From Blastocystis sp. ATCC 50177/Nand II (lineage: Eukaryota): a stretch of 64,000 bases of DNA. The notes under the pieces are model-generated. The model saw only the letters and a program-made list of their open reading frames with translations. It made no database searches and had not been told where the DNA came from. Positions 46,966 to 61,031 of this stretch are shown in pieces. The stretch is taken from the NCBI GenBank assembly GCA_039096935.1, contig JBBPEE010000035.1:310001-374000 (forward strand), read 5' to 3'. Position numbers and translations under genes: made by a program. Every line of letters starts with the position of its first letter. Positions within the stretch are counted from its first letter, which is position 1.

Positions 46966-49900
46966 ATGTCGCAAGGAGATTTGATAGGAGAATACGAGCT
47001 TACTGAAGCTATTGGAAATGGGTTTGCAACTGGATCTGCTCAATGAGCTGTAGAGACTACTGTGAGGTGTTCCTGGCACACAAGAAGCCGAATAAGGAGG
47101 TAGTAGCTATCAAAAGAACAAAAGTCGTTGATGATGAACTGATGCGAAAGGGAATGCATCAGCCACTGCGTGAATGCAGTAGCTCCTTCTTGGTCAAGAT
47201 CATTGATGAGGTCTGGAAGGACGATCAGTTATGGGTAATGCATGGGATGGACAAAATGAGAAATAGATCGTGATGGAGTATTACGAGTGCGGCTCCATTG
47301 CAACCTATTGCAGTTCTGGGAACGAATTGAGTGAGGAAGAGATTCGGGAGATTGCGAGTTGTTCTTTACTCGGACTCGAGGATCTCTCCACTTCTCACAT
47401 TATTCACAGGGTAATGAACGAAGTATGTGGCTATTGCTTAGGACATTAAACCGGACAATCTCCTCCTTTCTGAAAAGGGCATCATAGTTCTGGCGGATTA
47501 CGCCTTGAACTCTCTTCTGTATGAAAGTGGCAACAAAAGACGAATCAAGAGTGATACGCCGTTCTACCAGGCTCCCGAAGTGTTCGAGAAGGAGCATGTG
47601 GCAAAGAGTGATGTCTGGTCCCTTGGCGTCGCGTTGATTGAGGTGGCGGAGGGACGGAATCCGTACAGTGGCTGCAATGCTATGCATATGATGATGAAGC
47701 TGTTTTCGGAGGATGCGCCTTCCCTTTCTACTGGGAAGTGGTCTGCTGCGTTTGTGGACTTTGTGAGCAAGTGTTTGGTAAAGAATGTGGAGGAGCGATG
47801 GAGTGTGAGTGAGTTGATGAATGTGAGTGTTGTGTTGTGAGAATAATGAATAGCATCCCTTTGTGAAGGAGTCTGTTGAGAGAATAAGACGAGAGCGCAC
47901 CTCTCCGTTGATTATGCGCCTCGTTGATAGAGTGAAGGGGAAGAAAACGATCGATGGTGAATCAGAAGGTGGTACAGCCGAAACGGTGGAAGGGAAAGAG
48001 GCTGGAAAGGGGGAGAAGCCAGAGGCGAAAGAAGTTGAAGAGAAGGAAGGTGCTGAAGAGAAGAAAGCAGAAGTGAAGGAAGGGGTTGAAGAAAAGGAAG
48101 GGGAAGAAGTGAAGGAAGTAATTGAAGAGAAGAAAGAGAAGGAAGTGAAAGAACAGAGCAAAGAACAGAAGAAGGATGAGCCAAAGCCTGCAAAGGAAAA
48201 GAAAGGCAGTGAAGGAACGGTCACTTGCAAGGCTGCTCTTGGCGCCTTGCCCGCTACGACAGCTCGCCTCACCATCACAGCCTGTGAAGACTACAAGAGC
48301 GAGCTGCTGGATTTCTCTCGCTTCACCAATCTGGAGGAGCTGAGGATCGAAAAGAAGTGCTTCGACTATCCCAGCAAGGTGAAGATCGAAGGACTGAAGA
48401 AGCTGAAGCGAATGAGCATTGCCTCGGGCTGCTTTCACTGCACGAATGCGGACAGTGAAATGATCGTGCGAGACTGCCCTGCTCTGGAGGAACTCAAGAT
48501 TGGCAGTCACTCCTTCCCCTCCTTCAAGTCTCTGAAGATGAGCGGACTGCCCTCCTTGCAGAGAATCCACATGGGAAAGGAGTGCTTCAAGGCGGTGAGT
48601 CTGGAAGTGAAGAAGATGGAGAGTCTCGAAACAATCGTCTTGGGGAAGAACTGCTTCGAGAAATCCCTCCATACAATCATTGAAGGTGAAAGAAGATGGT
48701 AGGCGTGATGAATAGACTGTCCGAAGCTGACTACAGTGACGCTGAAGAGTGGAGCCGTTCGGGGAGTGAAGAGTGACAAGTGCAGTGTGGTGCTGAAGAG
48801 TTAGAGAGATGAGGGGAGATAATGAATAGACTTGCCTCTTTTGGAAACAGTAACCCGCGGAACGGGCTGCTTTGAGAATGCGAAGCTGCAAACGGAGAGT
48901 GTGTGATTGTGAAGAGAATGAGGAATAGACTGTCCGAAACTGAAGACTGATTGGACTAAGACATGCGATTGCAAACACTGGCTTGCAAAGAACTGGAAAT
49001 GGCTCGCGCTCGTGCTTGTGTTTGTCCTCGCTGTAGGGATTATCGTTCCCATCATCCTGCATAACCGACACAAGAGCACGGAGGAGGAGGAAACGATTGA
49101 CAATCTGAAGCAGTGCCTGAACAACACGGAGATCACGGAGGACATCACAGAGTTGGTCATTCCAAGCGACCACTGCAACACTAATGTGACTGTGATCAAT
49201 TTGGGGAGATTCAAGAAGCTGAAGAACCTGACGATTGACGACAACACCTTTGGAGAGGTGGAGGAAGTGAAGCTGGACGGGCTGCAGGAGCTGGAGAGAG
49301 TCATCATCGGCAGCAACAACTTCCGGAACAAGAACGGGACGTTCATTCTGAAGAACTGCCTGTCGGTGAAGCAGCTCGTGATCGGAAACAACTCCTTCAC
49401 GGACTACAACGGATTTGAAGTGAGGGAAACACCGTCGCTGGAGGAGATCATCATTGGCGACAGCTGCTTTGGGAACGTGGAGGACATGTCCATCGTTGGA
49501 ATGCGGAAGGTGGAGAAAGTGAGCATTGGAGAGAACAGCTTCAGCAATCGGGAAGGATCCTTTGCACTGATCGATTGTGAAGTCGTAAAGGAGATTCGAG
49601 TGGGCGACAACTCCTTCGCCAACTACAACGAATGTGACATACGTTCCACACCCCTGCTGGAGTTGATTGAGATCGGAAACGGCTGCTTCAGGAATGTGGG
49701 AAGCATGGAGATCACGGGAATGCAAAAGCTGAATCGGCTGGAGATCGGTGAGGATAGTTTCTCGCAGCTGGATTTCGACGACTTCCCCTCTTCACAGTCC
49801 GTCGAACTCGCAGCGGATGATGCGCCTCACTTCCAGCTGTATGATTGCCCTTCTCTGAAAGAGCTGCTCATTGGGAGTTTCTCCTTCTCCGGTTACTCTG

Positions 49901-51962
49901 TTTGCGAGATCCACAGTCTTTCCAGTATTGAGCTCATCGCCATTGGGGGCTCGTGTTTCGTGGCGTCCTCTCTTGAGTTGTTGGGTTTGTGCATACGCGG
50001 TTCTTGAGCACTAGACTTGCCGTTGCTGCAGAGCGTTGAGTTTGGCAGTGACTCCTTCCTGAACTGTACGCGTGCTGCGTTTGATGGTAAGTGAACGAAG
50101 AGGGTGTAATAGAACAGAACTGCCTTCTCTGACTCAGTTCACGATGGGCAAGAATGCATTCACATTCAAGGACGTTTCCGGTAGTTCCCTTCTTCTGAAA
50201 GGTGAAGGAAAACTGAATGGAGTGATGAATAGACTTGCCGCGTCTGGGATCACTCACCACTCAAGGAGAAAACAGCACGTCGTTCCGATTCCCGCATAGA
50301 GTCTATCTGGAGAGTCACGCTCAACAGTCTGACTCACGAGTAGATCTTCCTTCATTGACTAACGTCACTCTGCCCAATGCATTCTTCTACACATACGATT
50401 TTTACACATTCAGTCATGTTGCTGTGATTGGTTGATGAATAGACATTACACAAGCTCTCATGGAGGTGATTCAGCCATCCTTCATGAACTGTTGGAGTGA
50501 TTATGTCGTGTCGAGCGAAGAAGTGGAATTGGTGATTCCATCGAATGTATGCAACGACGAAGAAATCACTCAGTTGGACCTGTCGCCCTACCGGGAGGTG
50601 AGGACTCTATCGATCGGAGACAACAGCTTCAGCAGTGCGTCCAGCATCATCATCGCGGGGTTGGCAAAGGTGGAAAACATCACGGTAGGTTCTGGATGTG
50701 GTCTCCGATCTTCCCTGGAACTGAAGGGTGGTTTCTGTTGTGTGTCGTGATGAATAGACTTGCCGCGGTTGAGGAGACTGGTTATTGGTGACTGGTCTTT
50801 CATGCTATGCAATCGAGTTGTGTTCGAGAGTGATTCTCAACGGAGTGGATGAGGAATAGACTTGGCTGTATTGACGGATCTCCAACTCGGAGACAGCGTC
50901 TTCACCTTCAGCGACGATCTCTCCACCACCCTTATTATGCGAAGTGCGTCTCAACCGCAGGAATCAGGCGTAGATCTTCCCCTTCTAGGCGTTCTCTCTT
51001 CTCAGAACGTTCTCAGCAGCACCTTCTCCAATCCGCGTCACATTGTTCTTGAGAGTGGGCGTAGCCGAAACAGTTGACAAGCAGACATGCCTTCTATCAT
51101 CACAGTCATGCTGCCGTCTGCCTTCCAATACAAGGACGATGCCTATGTGAGAAGTACTTTTCTTCGCATTGCCTTCACGACCAGATGTGGGCGATGCTCT
51201 CGCCTATCCCTTCCAACACGCCTTCCTCAACTGCTGGACCACGTCCTACGTGCCTGCGAGCACCACGAGCCTCGGGATTCCGGACAACAAGTGCAACGAA
51301 GTCACGATCGTCTCGTTCGACCTGACCATGTACACCCATCTGGAGACGTTGGTGGTGGGGAAGAACTGCTATCGAAACGTGGAGGTCTTCAACATCACTG
51401 GATTGGACTCCCTGAGGAGCATCGTGATCAATGACTATTCCTTCTACTCAGCGTCTTTCTATTCGATGGGTTGTGTCCGTGGGAGGAGGTGAGCGGTAGA
51501 TCTTCCATCATTGGAAACAGTGGAGTGCGGGGACTACACCTTCTTTGACTGTTCTCATGCCGCCTTTGAGAGTGCATACCAATAGCGGTGATTATCGTTA
51601 GACCTGCCCCAATTGACTTCGATGCAACTGGGCGAAAGCGCCTTCGTCTTCCCCCAGAACAGTACCGATTCGTCGCTGATCATGCGAAGCAAGCACCGTC
51701 TCCCTGCCTGATTCAGTAGATCTACCTGCGTTGAGCGTATTGACTGCGGTGACCACTGGCAATTCATTCCGTTCCCCTTACGCCATCACTCTTGAAGGCA
51801 ACGGCTCGCTGGAATGATGATCATCAGGCATCCCCTCCCTAAACACGGTCACTCTCCCCTCTTCTTCCTTCTCTGATGCGGAATCGATCACCGTGAGGAG
51901 TCGCGTCTCTTCTCCGCGATCATCCATAGACATTTCACAGGCTCTTTCAAATTATCTCCAAT
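46966..51962 (+). CDS. STE20-like kinase - E/K linker - BspA-type LRRs - TM - LRRs; intron-rich, 3' end inferred
   Basis: VVAIK, HRDIKPDN, ADYA, FYQAPE, KSDVWSLG; repeated IGxNSF LRRs; TM WLALVLVFVLAVGIIVPIIL. Confidence 0.65.
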
Positions 51963-52210
51963 GCCTTTGTTTCTTTCCACACACTCCATTCATACACACT
52001 TACTATGGGAAGCAGCCAATCCCTCCCTCTTCCCCCATTTGCACTCCAACTACACTTCACTTCCCTCTTCAACCCATTTCCCTATTCAAAAGAAATCTAT
52101 CTTGCCATTCCAACACACCCAATTCAGGCGAGAGAAGCGGTTATTTCCCCAATTCGGCGACGGACTCTCTTCCAGCCATTCCCTTCAATCAGAAATATTC
52201 TTATACTGCA

Positions 52211-52774
52211 ATGGCTGCTGCTAAACGTGGTAGGCGTGTGGGAAGCGGGGGAGTGAACGGCTAGGTCGTGGAGGTGCTGCTGGAAACAAGTTCAGAATGA
52301 GCCTCGGTCTCCCCGTCGGCGCCGTGATTAACTGCGCTGATAACACGGGTGCCAAGAATCTGTACGTGATTTCTGTCACTCGCTGGGGTGCTCGTCTTAA
52401 CAGACTCCCTGCTTGCTGTGCGTTCTTTTCGCTTGCTTCGTGATGGACTAGGCCCCGGAGACATGTTCATGGCTTCCGTGAAGAAGGGAAAGCCCGAGCT
52501 CCGCAAGAAGGGTAGGAAGCCTCCTCGGAGCGAAGTGACCTCGTAGTCATGCCCGCCATCGTGGTGAGACAGAGAAAGAGCTGGAGACGCAAGAACGGCG
52601 TGTTCCTGTACTTCGAGGGTGATTGGCGGCGGAGTCGAGTGAGGCATAGACAACGCTGGTGTGATCGTGAACCCCAAGGGTGAGATGAAGGGATCGGGTA
52701 TCACCGGACCTGTCGCCAAGGAGGCCGCCGATCTGTGGCCCAAGATTGCTTCCTCTGCCAGCTCCATCTGGTAA
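52211..52774 (+). CDS. RPL23: 60S ribosomal protein L23 (uL14), 4 introns
   Basis: [54 protein letters not shown]. Confidence 0.97.
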
Positions 52775-52841
52775 GCGGTTTGCGGACTACTGTTTTCACT
52801 GTTGTGGATGAGAATATCGCCTGTTTGTTCCAGAAAACACA

Positions 52842-55547
52842 TCAGCACGCCAGCGCTCCGCGCAGTCTCGCCACTCTCTGGAGAATGAGGGCCTCGTCTC
52901 CGGAAGTGGTTCCCACGGTGCTCAGCTTCTGAGACAGCTCTAGTCTTCATCACCGCTTTCCTCTTGCTACCCGAGTCGGTCAGTGCAAACACCTCCTTGA
53001 ACACTCCTAGCACCGACGCATTCCCCAGACCAAACGCGGAAATCACATTCGACAAGTATCTACTCTCATCACCCGCATCGCGTCCGTACCCGATATCCGT
53101 GGCGAGCTGCTGCGACCCCGATATCTTGATGTTGTTGATTCCGCAAACCGCCTCGATATAGCTCCCAATCACCACTACCCATCACCATCGCCACGCATCA
53201 CCACATCGTGCCACCAGCACCAAGAAGCACTGCGAGAAGGACTCCGGGTCCTTCACCTCCATCCCACTGCACTACGCCTCACACCTTCCCTTCTCCTCCA
53301 CATAACCACGCTTCAGCACCACCTCGCTGTTCTTCATGCACCTCTTCTCCTCCTCGCGCCCGTACCGCTCCATCTCCGTCAGCACGCTCCTCCACTCCTC
53401 GCCCGCCTCCACCGCCACCTTCTGCAGGCCCTCGCCCGCCGCGCCCGCCGCCATCTCCACCTGCTCCACGATCTTCAGCAGGTGCTCGCCGAGGGGCAGA
53501 ATGAACCTGACTCTCACGCCTCACCCACGCACCCACTCCGACGGCAGCGGGTGAACCGCTGACGCGTCCACACGCGACCACTGTGGCATCGTGGGGATCT
53601 GCTTGAAGACGTGCCGTGCGGGCGCCAGCGTGAAGCAAGCGACCGTGTCGATGAGCTGACTTGTCAAGGTGAGAAGCCCGGTGTAGACGGCTTGCAGCGG
53701 AGACACCATCACACCAACAGGAAGCGTGGTCAGCGAGGATAACAACTATTCTTGATGATCATGCCGATCACTGTACGGTTGTGATGGAGGCGCGCCATGC
53801 AGCGTCCTGACTCACCATCGCCAGCAGCAACGCGTCCGATGTGAAGGATGAAACGCCGGGCGTTTCGCTGGTGACAAGCGCGGTGAAGAGCGGCCGGTTG
53901 TCCTGCAGGAAGTGTTTCACGGCAAGCTGGCTGTGCCGGAGCAACAGCAGGAAGTGGTTCAGGATCACCAGCAGGCTATTCCACCCCTACGCGTAACCCC
54001 CACCCCTGGCCCCCACCTGGAACACACTCCAGTCGAACGCGGCCTCGTGCGCCTCCTTCTCCTGCTTCTTCAGCGCGGCGTAGCGGTCCAACAGCGCGGT
54101 GTAGCGACTCTGCACGTTGCCGAACAGCCTGCTACGGGTGAGTCCTCCACACAACCCGCACGCCAGACTGCTTAGGTACTGCGGCAGCAGCAGCCCGCGG
54201 CCCACCGTCAGGCAGTGCTCCTCGAAGCGCGCCAGCGACAGGCACAGCGTGCCCAGCGCCGGTTGCAGCGCGCCACAGAAGGCCGGCACCAGCGTCGTGA
54301 TGTCATCCTACAGCTTTAGGCGATAAGTGAATGCCACGGTGAGCGTCACGGCGTTGAGGAGCCCGTTGAGCGCGTCGTACTCGCCGTCCACGAAGGCAGT
54401 GGTGAGGAAGGCGCGCCAGTCACACAGCAGGCTGAAGAAGCAGCGCTGCTTGGCCGCCGCGCCGTGCACGCCGCCCAGCAGGATCTCCATGTACCCGAAG
54501 GACGCGTCCAGCGCGTGCTTCACGCTCGCCACGGGCAGGGCGTCCAGCACACGGCGGAATTCCGTCGAGATGGAGCGGCAGCCGGAGTCGAAGAGCGACG
54601 CGATGATCTCTGGGGATGAAACGCCGATGAAACGCTCACCTTCGTCTTGGTCGCCGAAGAGGGTGAAGAGCGGTTCGGAGATGGAGAGGAACCAGGTGTG
54701 GAGATTGGGGTAGAAGGATTGAAGGGTGTCGAAGGGCGAATCTGCGATGGAGGAGGACAAGATGCTACGAGTGAGAGAAGCGAAGGAAAATAACCGAGAG
54801 AAGGCGGTGGAGTTGAATTGGCAGAAGGCGGACACGAATTGCGACTCGAGATCGAGATGCGAATAGATCTTGTGGAGAATGAGCTGCTGCGATTCGTTGT
54901 TGGACTGGAAGGCGGTCTGCAGCTTTGGAGTCAGCTGCTCCTCCAGCTCCTTCTTGAAGGTGGTGATGCTGTCCACACGGCTCTGCTGGTCTGGCAGTCC
55001 TTGCAGGAGAGTGACGGAGCGGGACATGTCTTCCAGAATGGATGCGGCCATCTAGAATGGAGGGAGTCAATCGACCCGACTTCCGTATCTTGATTGGACA
55101 GCGCGTCGTGGCAGGAGGCACACTGCTGGTCCCACTCGGTGAGCGTCTCCAGCTGGGTTTTGCAGATCTTCATCTTGTTTTGGATTGTCTTCAGATCGGA
55201 CAGAATCTCCGTCTGCGCATTCTTCTCCATGTTCTTTGTCGCGAACGTCATCTCCTTTATCTCCTTCTTGAGTTCGTTCATGTTCCCCTCCAACTCCGTC
55301 ACTTCGGTCATCTAGCGTTGACAGGGAAAGGGAGAGTTACCATATCCGGGAGTCTGGTGAGAAGGCCCTTCATCTGCGATTCGATGGTATCTCCGCAGTC
55401 TTGTGCCAGCACTTGCACCTTCATCGACAGGCTGGAGAGGAAGGAGTCTAAATCGTCCGTGCTGCCCATCAACTCCACGGATGCGTTCACCCAATCTGCA
55501 GCATCGAAAGCAGTGTTGTCGAAATCGGATGAATTCTCTAAACTCAT
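52842..55547 (-). CDS. COG7: COG complex subunit 7
   Basis: FDAADWVN..LSSLSMKVQV, ITQIGEHL-like FILPLGEHLL, QQLATDIGYLSNV, C-terminal VARLRG. Confidence 0.8.
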
Positions 55548-55653
55548 GCTTTGTGCAGTATTCGTTGAAAAATGCGGATGAAACGGTTTGGCGTGGGTTC
55601 GAGAATGGGGGTGTTGTGGGATAGAAAACAGCGCACTATGAAAAACAGAGAGC

Positions 55654-57237
55654 TTAATCTGTCTTGGCGTTTGGCTCTTCCTTTTCTTCCGTCGTTGACT
55701 GGGTTGTTTCCACCTTTTCCTCCTTTGAATTGTCATTCACGGTTTCTTCCTTCACGTCTTCCTCCTTCACCTCCTCAGCAGATTTCACTTCAGCAGCCTC
55801 AGCAGGCTTCACCTCCTCCTTCGCCTCTTCCTTCTTCACTTCTTCCTCCTTCACTTCCTCAACAGGCTTCACATCTTCAGCAACCTCAACAGACTTCTCA
55901 ACAGATGCAACACCCTTCTCCTCACTCTTGACCCCCTGGGCAGGATCTACCCCTCACAGCCCCCTCACACCCCCACGCCTCACAGCAATGCGCACATGCA
56001 CCTGCCTCGGAGTGATCAGCGAGTACGTGTTGTCCCACACCAGCGTCGCCACGCCGTCGCGGTCGCTCACCATCTCCCCACTACTCCTCACTCACCCTAC
56101 ACACCCTCACAGGTCGAACCGCCCGTCGCCCTTCACCTTGTGCTCCGCCTCCACCATCACCACCTCCTTGCTCGGCGTCGTCAGCACCACGCTGAACCGT
56201 ACGTTCGCGTCGTCGCAGCAGAACGCCCACTTCACCAGACTGCCCTTCTACGCCTCACGCCCACAGCCCTCACCCACCGTCACCGAGATGGGGTGCTCGT
56301 GGATGGCGCCTGCCGACAGCGTCAGCCGCAGCTCCTTGTCCTCCTGCCCGGGGATCAGCGGCGCCTTCAGGTCCAGAATGGCGGAGGGCACTTCTGTGGA
56401 GAAGGTCGCTGCCATCGCCGCGTAGGTGGAGGCGAAGAGGTCGTAGAGCGTGTGCAGCGAGTCCTCCACGAAGGACCGGTTGGAGCTGATCAACGAATTG
56501 AGTGCATTAACGAGAGAAGCCTTCTCCTCCGCCTGCTTCGCCTTGTCTGCGTCGATAGATGCCTGCAGCTGCTGTTCACACCATCCACTGTGACTCACCT
56601 TGCTCATCTGCTCACGTGTCTGATTCACCATGTCGCTGTGAGCGTCTCCGTGCAGGGAGATCAGCTCGTCGCGCGACTTCAGTTGCTTCAGCAAGTCCTC
56701 GTCCTACACTCAAGCTCCTTCTCAACCACTACATCAGCGATGGCGGACTGCTTCGTGTTGAACGCAGATTCGCGACCTCGCAGATCGTGCAGCGTCTCGC
56801 TCCGCTTTCCCACTTCGGCACGGATGGATTGCAGCTTCTCGCTCTATCCGCTCATACTCAACCAGGATCCTCTTACCGCGTCGGGAAATATCGATTCCTT
56901 CACAGTATCGATGCAATAGTAGAAGCGAGACGCCTTTCCCCAGACATCAACGCTCTCTCCGTTCTTGTTCGCCTCATCGTCCAACTTCTCCACGTGGCAC
57001 AGAATGCTGCTGTTTGTTTCCGCAAAGGTCAGCAACTGCTTCTCCAGCTCCTTGGCGATGGCGAGGAGGTTTCTAACGGATATATCTCCCCCGCACAATG
57101 CGAATCCCCTACGCAAAGGAAGAGTCCTGCGATTCTGCCTCCTTCACCAACTTCCCGATTTCTTCATCACTTTGCGATGTTCCCGTGATGCTGTTAATTG
57201 CCGCCTCGGCAAAGCTCCTCAAGCTGAACCCAAACAT
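55654..57237 (-). CDS. Coiled-coil protein with GOLD domain and E/K-rich tail
   Basis: MFGFSLRSF start; GSLVKWAF..VRFSV..GVATLVWDNTYSLITPR. Confidence 0.6.
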
Positions 57238-57821
57238 TGTTTGATAATGATCCTCTCCTTTCTTTCCTATCGAGTGCTTCTTGATGATTGTATCCGAATC
57301 GTGTCTTTTTATCGCAGCAGGAGTGAATCAGGTAGGAGCACTTCAACAACAAGGCGAAAGCGTCATCGCAATTCATATGGTTCGATAAGAGCAACAACAC
57401 GTGCGTGATTCGCAACAATCCCAATCCCCGCTTCGTCTTCCATCCCACTCTCCCTATTTGCTTCTCTATTCCCATCTCAATTCTCCAGCCTCAATCCCAT
57501 CAGCACGTCCACATGACAATCGAGTTCAAGTCTTCTTTTCACACCGCGGTTCTTCCCTTCTTTTCGCGTGTGTCGAGCAGCAGACGGATTGAGCACGAGA
57601 GGTGGTGCGTCCAATCACAGAGCGAAACGAATCGGATAAGGGGCGAAGTGTCCAGATTCTGGGCAGGCTTCGAGAATACGGCATGAATAGTGGAAACAGG
57701 GAAGCGGCAAATGCTGAGTGTCTTTCAGATTTATGCTTAATTTCTCGTCGCCTCTCAGAAGGAGAACGAAATTTGCTCACGGTCATCTCTTTGAAACAGG
57801 CTGCCAAAACCACGACTTGTA

Positions 57822-59375
57822 ATGAACTCTGCTTACCAGTATACCGATTCTCCTATTATTGTTAATGCTCCCAATGTCACCTACACGGACGACACCATTA
57901 CCTCGGACTACGTCTACCACACGAGCAGTGCGAAGATCGAGGACGGCAAGGTGATTATCACTCCTCAGGACGAGAAGTACACCTTCAAGACCGACAGACG
58001 TATCCCCAAGGTGGGTATGATGCTGATTGGCTGGGGTGGCAACAACGGAACGACCGTCACTGCCGGTATTCTTGCCAACAAGCACAAGATCACCTGGCAC
58101 ACGAAGAAGGGCGAGATGCACCCCAACTTCTACGGCTCCATCTCCCAGAGCTCCACGGTGAAGGTGGGAACGGTGCCCGGAGGCGACCTCTACGTGCCCT
58201 TCAAGAATTTGCTTCCTCTGGTGAACCCCGTCGATCTGGTGATTGGCGGCTGGGATATCAGCGCGATGAACCTGGGTGACGCGATGAAGCGCGCCGCCGT
58301 CTACGACTACGACTTCCAGCAGGTGATGTACCCGTACATGAAGGACTTCCACCCGCTGCCCTCCATCTACTACCCCGACTACATTGCCGCCAACCAGAGC
58401 GACCGCGCGGACAACGTGATCCCCGGAACGGACAAGCAGGCGCACCTGGAGCACATCCGCGCCGACATGCGCCGCTTCAAGGAGGAGAACCACCTGGACA
58501 AGGTGATCGTGCTGTGGACGGCGAACACGGAGCGCTACTCGTCGATCATCCCCGGCGTGAACGACACGGCCGAGAACCTGCTGAAGGCCATCAAGAACAG
58601 CGAGAGCGAGGTGGCGCCTTCGACCATCTTCGCGGTGGCCGCCATTCTGGAGGGCAACACGTACATCAACGGCTCGCCCCAGAACACCTTCGTGCCGGGC
58701 GTGTTCGAGCTGGCGGAGCAGCACCACACGTTCATCGCTGGCGATGACTTCAAGAGCGGTCAGACCAAGATCAAGTCGGTGCTGGTGGACTACCTGGTGA
58801 GCGCCGGCATCAAGCCCGCGTCCATCGCCTCCTACAACCACCTGGGCAACAACGACGGCAAGAACCTGTCCTCGCCGCAGCAGTTCCGCTCGAAGGAGAT
58901 CTCGAAGTCGGGCGTGGTGGACGACATGGTGGCGTCCAACGGCATCCTGTACCCGAACCACTCGCATCCCGACCACCTGATCGTGATCAAGTACATCCCG
59001 TTCGTGGGCGACAGCAAGCGCGCGCTGGACGAGTACACGTCGGAGATCTTCAACGGCGGTCTGAACACCATCTCGATGCACAACACGTGCGAGGACTCGC
59101 TGCTGGCGGCGCCGCTGATGATCGATCTGGTGGTGCTCTCCGAGATCTGCGAGCGTATCACCATGTCCTACGAGGGCAGCAAGGGCTTCGAGCACTTCGA
59201 CTCCGTGCTCTCCATCCTGAGCTACCTGCTGAAGGCTCCCGAGGTGCCCAAGGGCACGCCCGTGGTGAACGCGCTCTCCAAGCAGAGAGAGTGCATCATC
59301 AACATCTTCAGAGCCTGCATCGGTCTCCAGCCGGACAACCACATGATGCTCGAGTACAAGAAGGCTCAGCACTAA
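57822..59375 (+). CDS. INO1: Inositol-3-phosphate synthase (intronless)
   Basis: [37 protein letters not shown]. Confidence 0.97.
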   Translation: MNSAYQYTDSPIIVNAPNVTYTDDTITSDYVYHTSSAKIEDGKVIITPQDEKYTFKTDRRIPKVGMMLIGWGGNNGTTVTAGILANKHKITWHTKKGEMHPNFYGSISQSSTVKVGTVPGGDLYVPFKNLLPLVNPVDLVIGGWDISAMNLGDAMKRAAVYDYDFQQVMYPYMKDFHPLPSIYYPDYIAANQSDRADNVIPGTDKQAHLEHIRADMRRFKEENHLDKVIVLWTANTERYSSIIPGVNDTAENLLKAIKNSESEVAPSTIFAVAAILEGNTYINGSPQNTFVPGVFELAEQHHTFIAGDDFKSGQTKIKSVLVDYLVSAGIKPASIASYNHLGNNDGKNLSSPQQFRSKEISKSGVVDDMVASNGILYPNHSHPDHLIVIKYIPFVGDSKRALDEYTSEIFNGGLNTISMHNTCEDSLLAAPLMIDLVVLSEICERITMSYEGSKGFEHFDSVLSILSYLLKAPEVPKGTPVVNALSKQRECIINIFRACIGLQPDNHMMLEYKKAQH

Positions 59376-59438
59376 GTGCGTTGCGAAGTGTGTGTTTGTT
59401 TCACAATTGGTTTCGTGGGTGTGTGGATTGGAACGAGA

Positions 59439-61004
59439 ATGGAGAGAGTGTGGATATGCAATACGTGCAACCAGCGAAACGGGAGTGGAGCACGGTATTG
59501 CGTTCATTGCGGTGCATCGAGGAACAGCACCGTTCGAGAGCCCCTTGCATATGAGGCATTCGAAGACAGTGACGGGGAGATGACATTCGTGTCTGACGAC
59601 GATTCTGAGATGGAAGAAGTTCCCCTTCTGGAAACTACGCGAGAACGAACGGAGAGACGACGCAATACATTCCAGAATAGGAGACGGAACGATCCCGCGA
59701 GAAGACAGAGAGCGCAAAGAGAACTCCTCAACCTTCTTGAATCGCTCATTCACGAGCTGGAAGAGGCGCAGCAGCAGAGAGTTGCGAATCCGGAGTACCA
59801 AGACCCGGATTCAGTTAAGGCTACTGCTTTTCGTTATGTGTAGATGATAGACTTGGATAGAGAGATTGACACATTCCTCCAAAACCCGAGAAGTTGGTAT
59901 TGGTGGAGATGATTACGAGTAGATTTGGAGCTGAGCTGCTTCATTGGCGAATCGATTCCGTTTTTCGTGATCGTTAGCGTAGCTTTTTTCATCAATAATC
60001 TTCGCTGTCGTGTTTGTCGTGACGTATGAGTTGTAGGGCTATTCTGTATCAGTTCTGTTTGCTTCGCTACATACGGACTGAACAGGCTGCTGAAGTTCGC
60101 TGTTGCCAATCTGGTGTGTGATTGAGTGTGTGTGTGATCCTAGACGGATAAGCCGTATCGCTATCTTTTCCTGCATCTTGTGTTGTCCATCGTGTCGATT
60201 GGCACGTTGCGTTTTTGCACACCAGAGGAGTATGCGGTGAATTACTATCTCCACCCACCCAAGGTGATTTCCTCCTTGCTGGTGGCCATTTCGTGCCAAT
60301 TCATCTATGGTCGGATTCTTCCCGTTGATTCAGTCATAGATTCCTATGAGGTGTTGATTACCGGAATCTGCAAGAGTGTGTTTCTGTTATGCGCGCAGCT
60401 GTTGTCTTTTTACTGTCATACTGAAGTAGAGAAGAAGGTGAGAGTGGGATGTGAGGGTAATGCCAAGAGGCAGTGGATTGCCGTGATGGAGAAGGTGAGT
60501 GTGATGACTCGATACACATTCAACACGTTCCTGTGGATTGCCTACCTCCGAGTAGGGCATGGGAGTGTCTGATAGTGTAGACTCTGCCGTCGATTCTGCG
60601 AGTCGTTCTGTCTTTCCTCTATGTGGTCACGAAGGTAGGAGTGATAGAAGAGTATTCCTTCTAGCTGCTCATTCTGTGCCTGCATCTGAACTCTCTGGTG
60701 AGAGTGATTCGTCATCTCCGTGCCTCCCAGAGTGTCGGTATTTTCACTCACTCTAATGCATAGATGGTTGGAAAGGTCATTTCCGAAGAGGAGGCGATGA
60801 GCGAGGGAAATGCGCAGTGCTCGATTTGCATGGACACCATTCACACTCCCGTTGTCCTGCCCTGTAAGCACGTATTCTGCGACAACTGCATCTCTTCGTG
60901 GCTAGAGATGAATTCCACCTGCCCTCTCTGCCGGAAGCCCATTAGGCAGCACGGCGACTGGCTTCACGCAAACGGCTCGAGCACTCTTTTCCCCATTGTA
61001 TTCT
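59439..61004 (+). CDS. RanBP2-type ZnF + multi-TM + RING E3 ligase (RNFT1-like); poly(A)-made stop
   Basis: WICNTCNQRN..CVHCG; TM exons; CSICMD..CKHVFCDNCISSW..CPLCR; ends TTC T|GCCC TGTCTGTT. Confidence 0.75.
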
Positions 61005-61031
61005 GCCCTGTCTGTTCAAAAAGCAAAAATG

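Noticed and set aside
52261..53175. 304-aa minus-strand ORF overlapping RPL23
   Set aside because: COG7 splices into another frame and stops at 52842; the rest is antisense shadow
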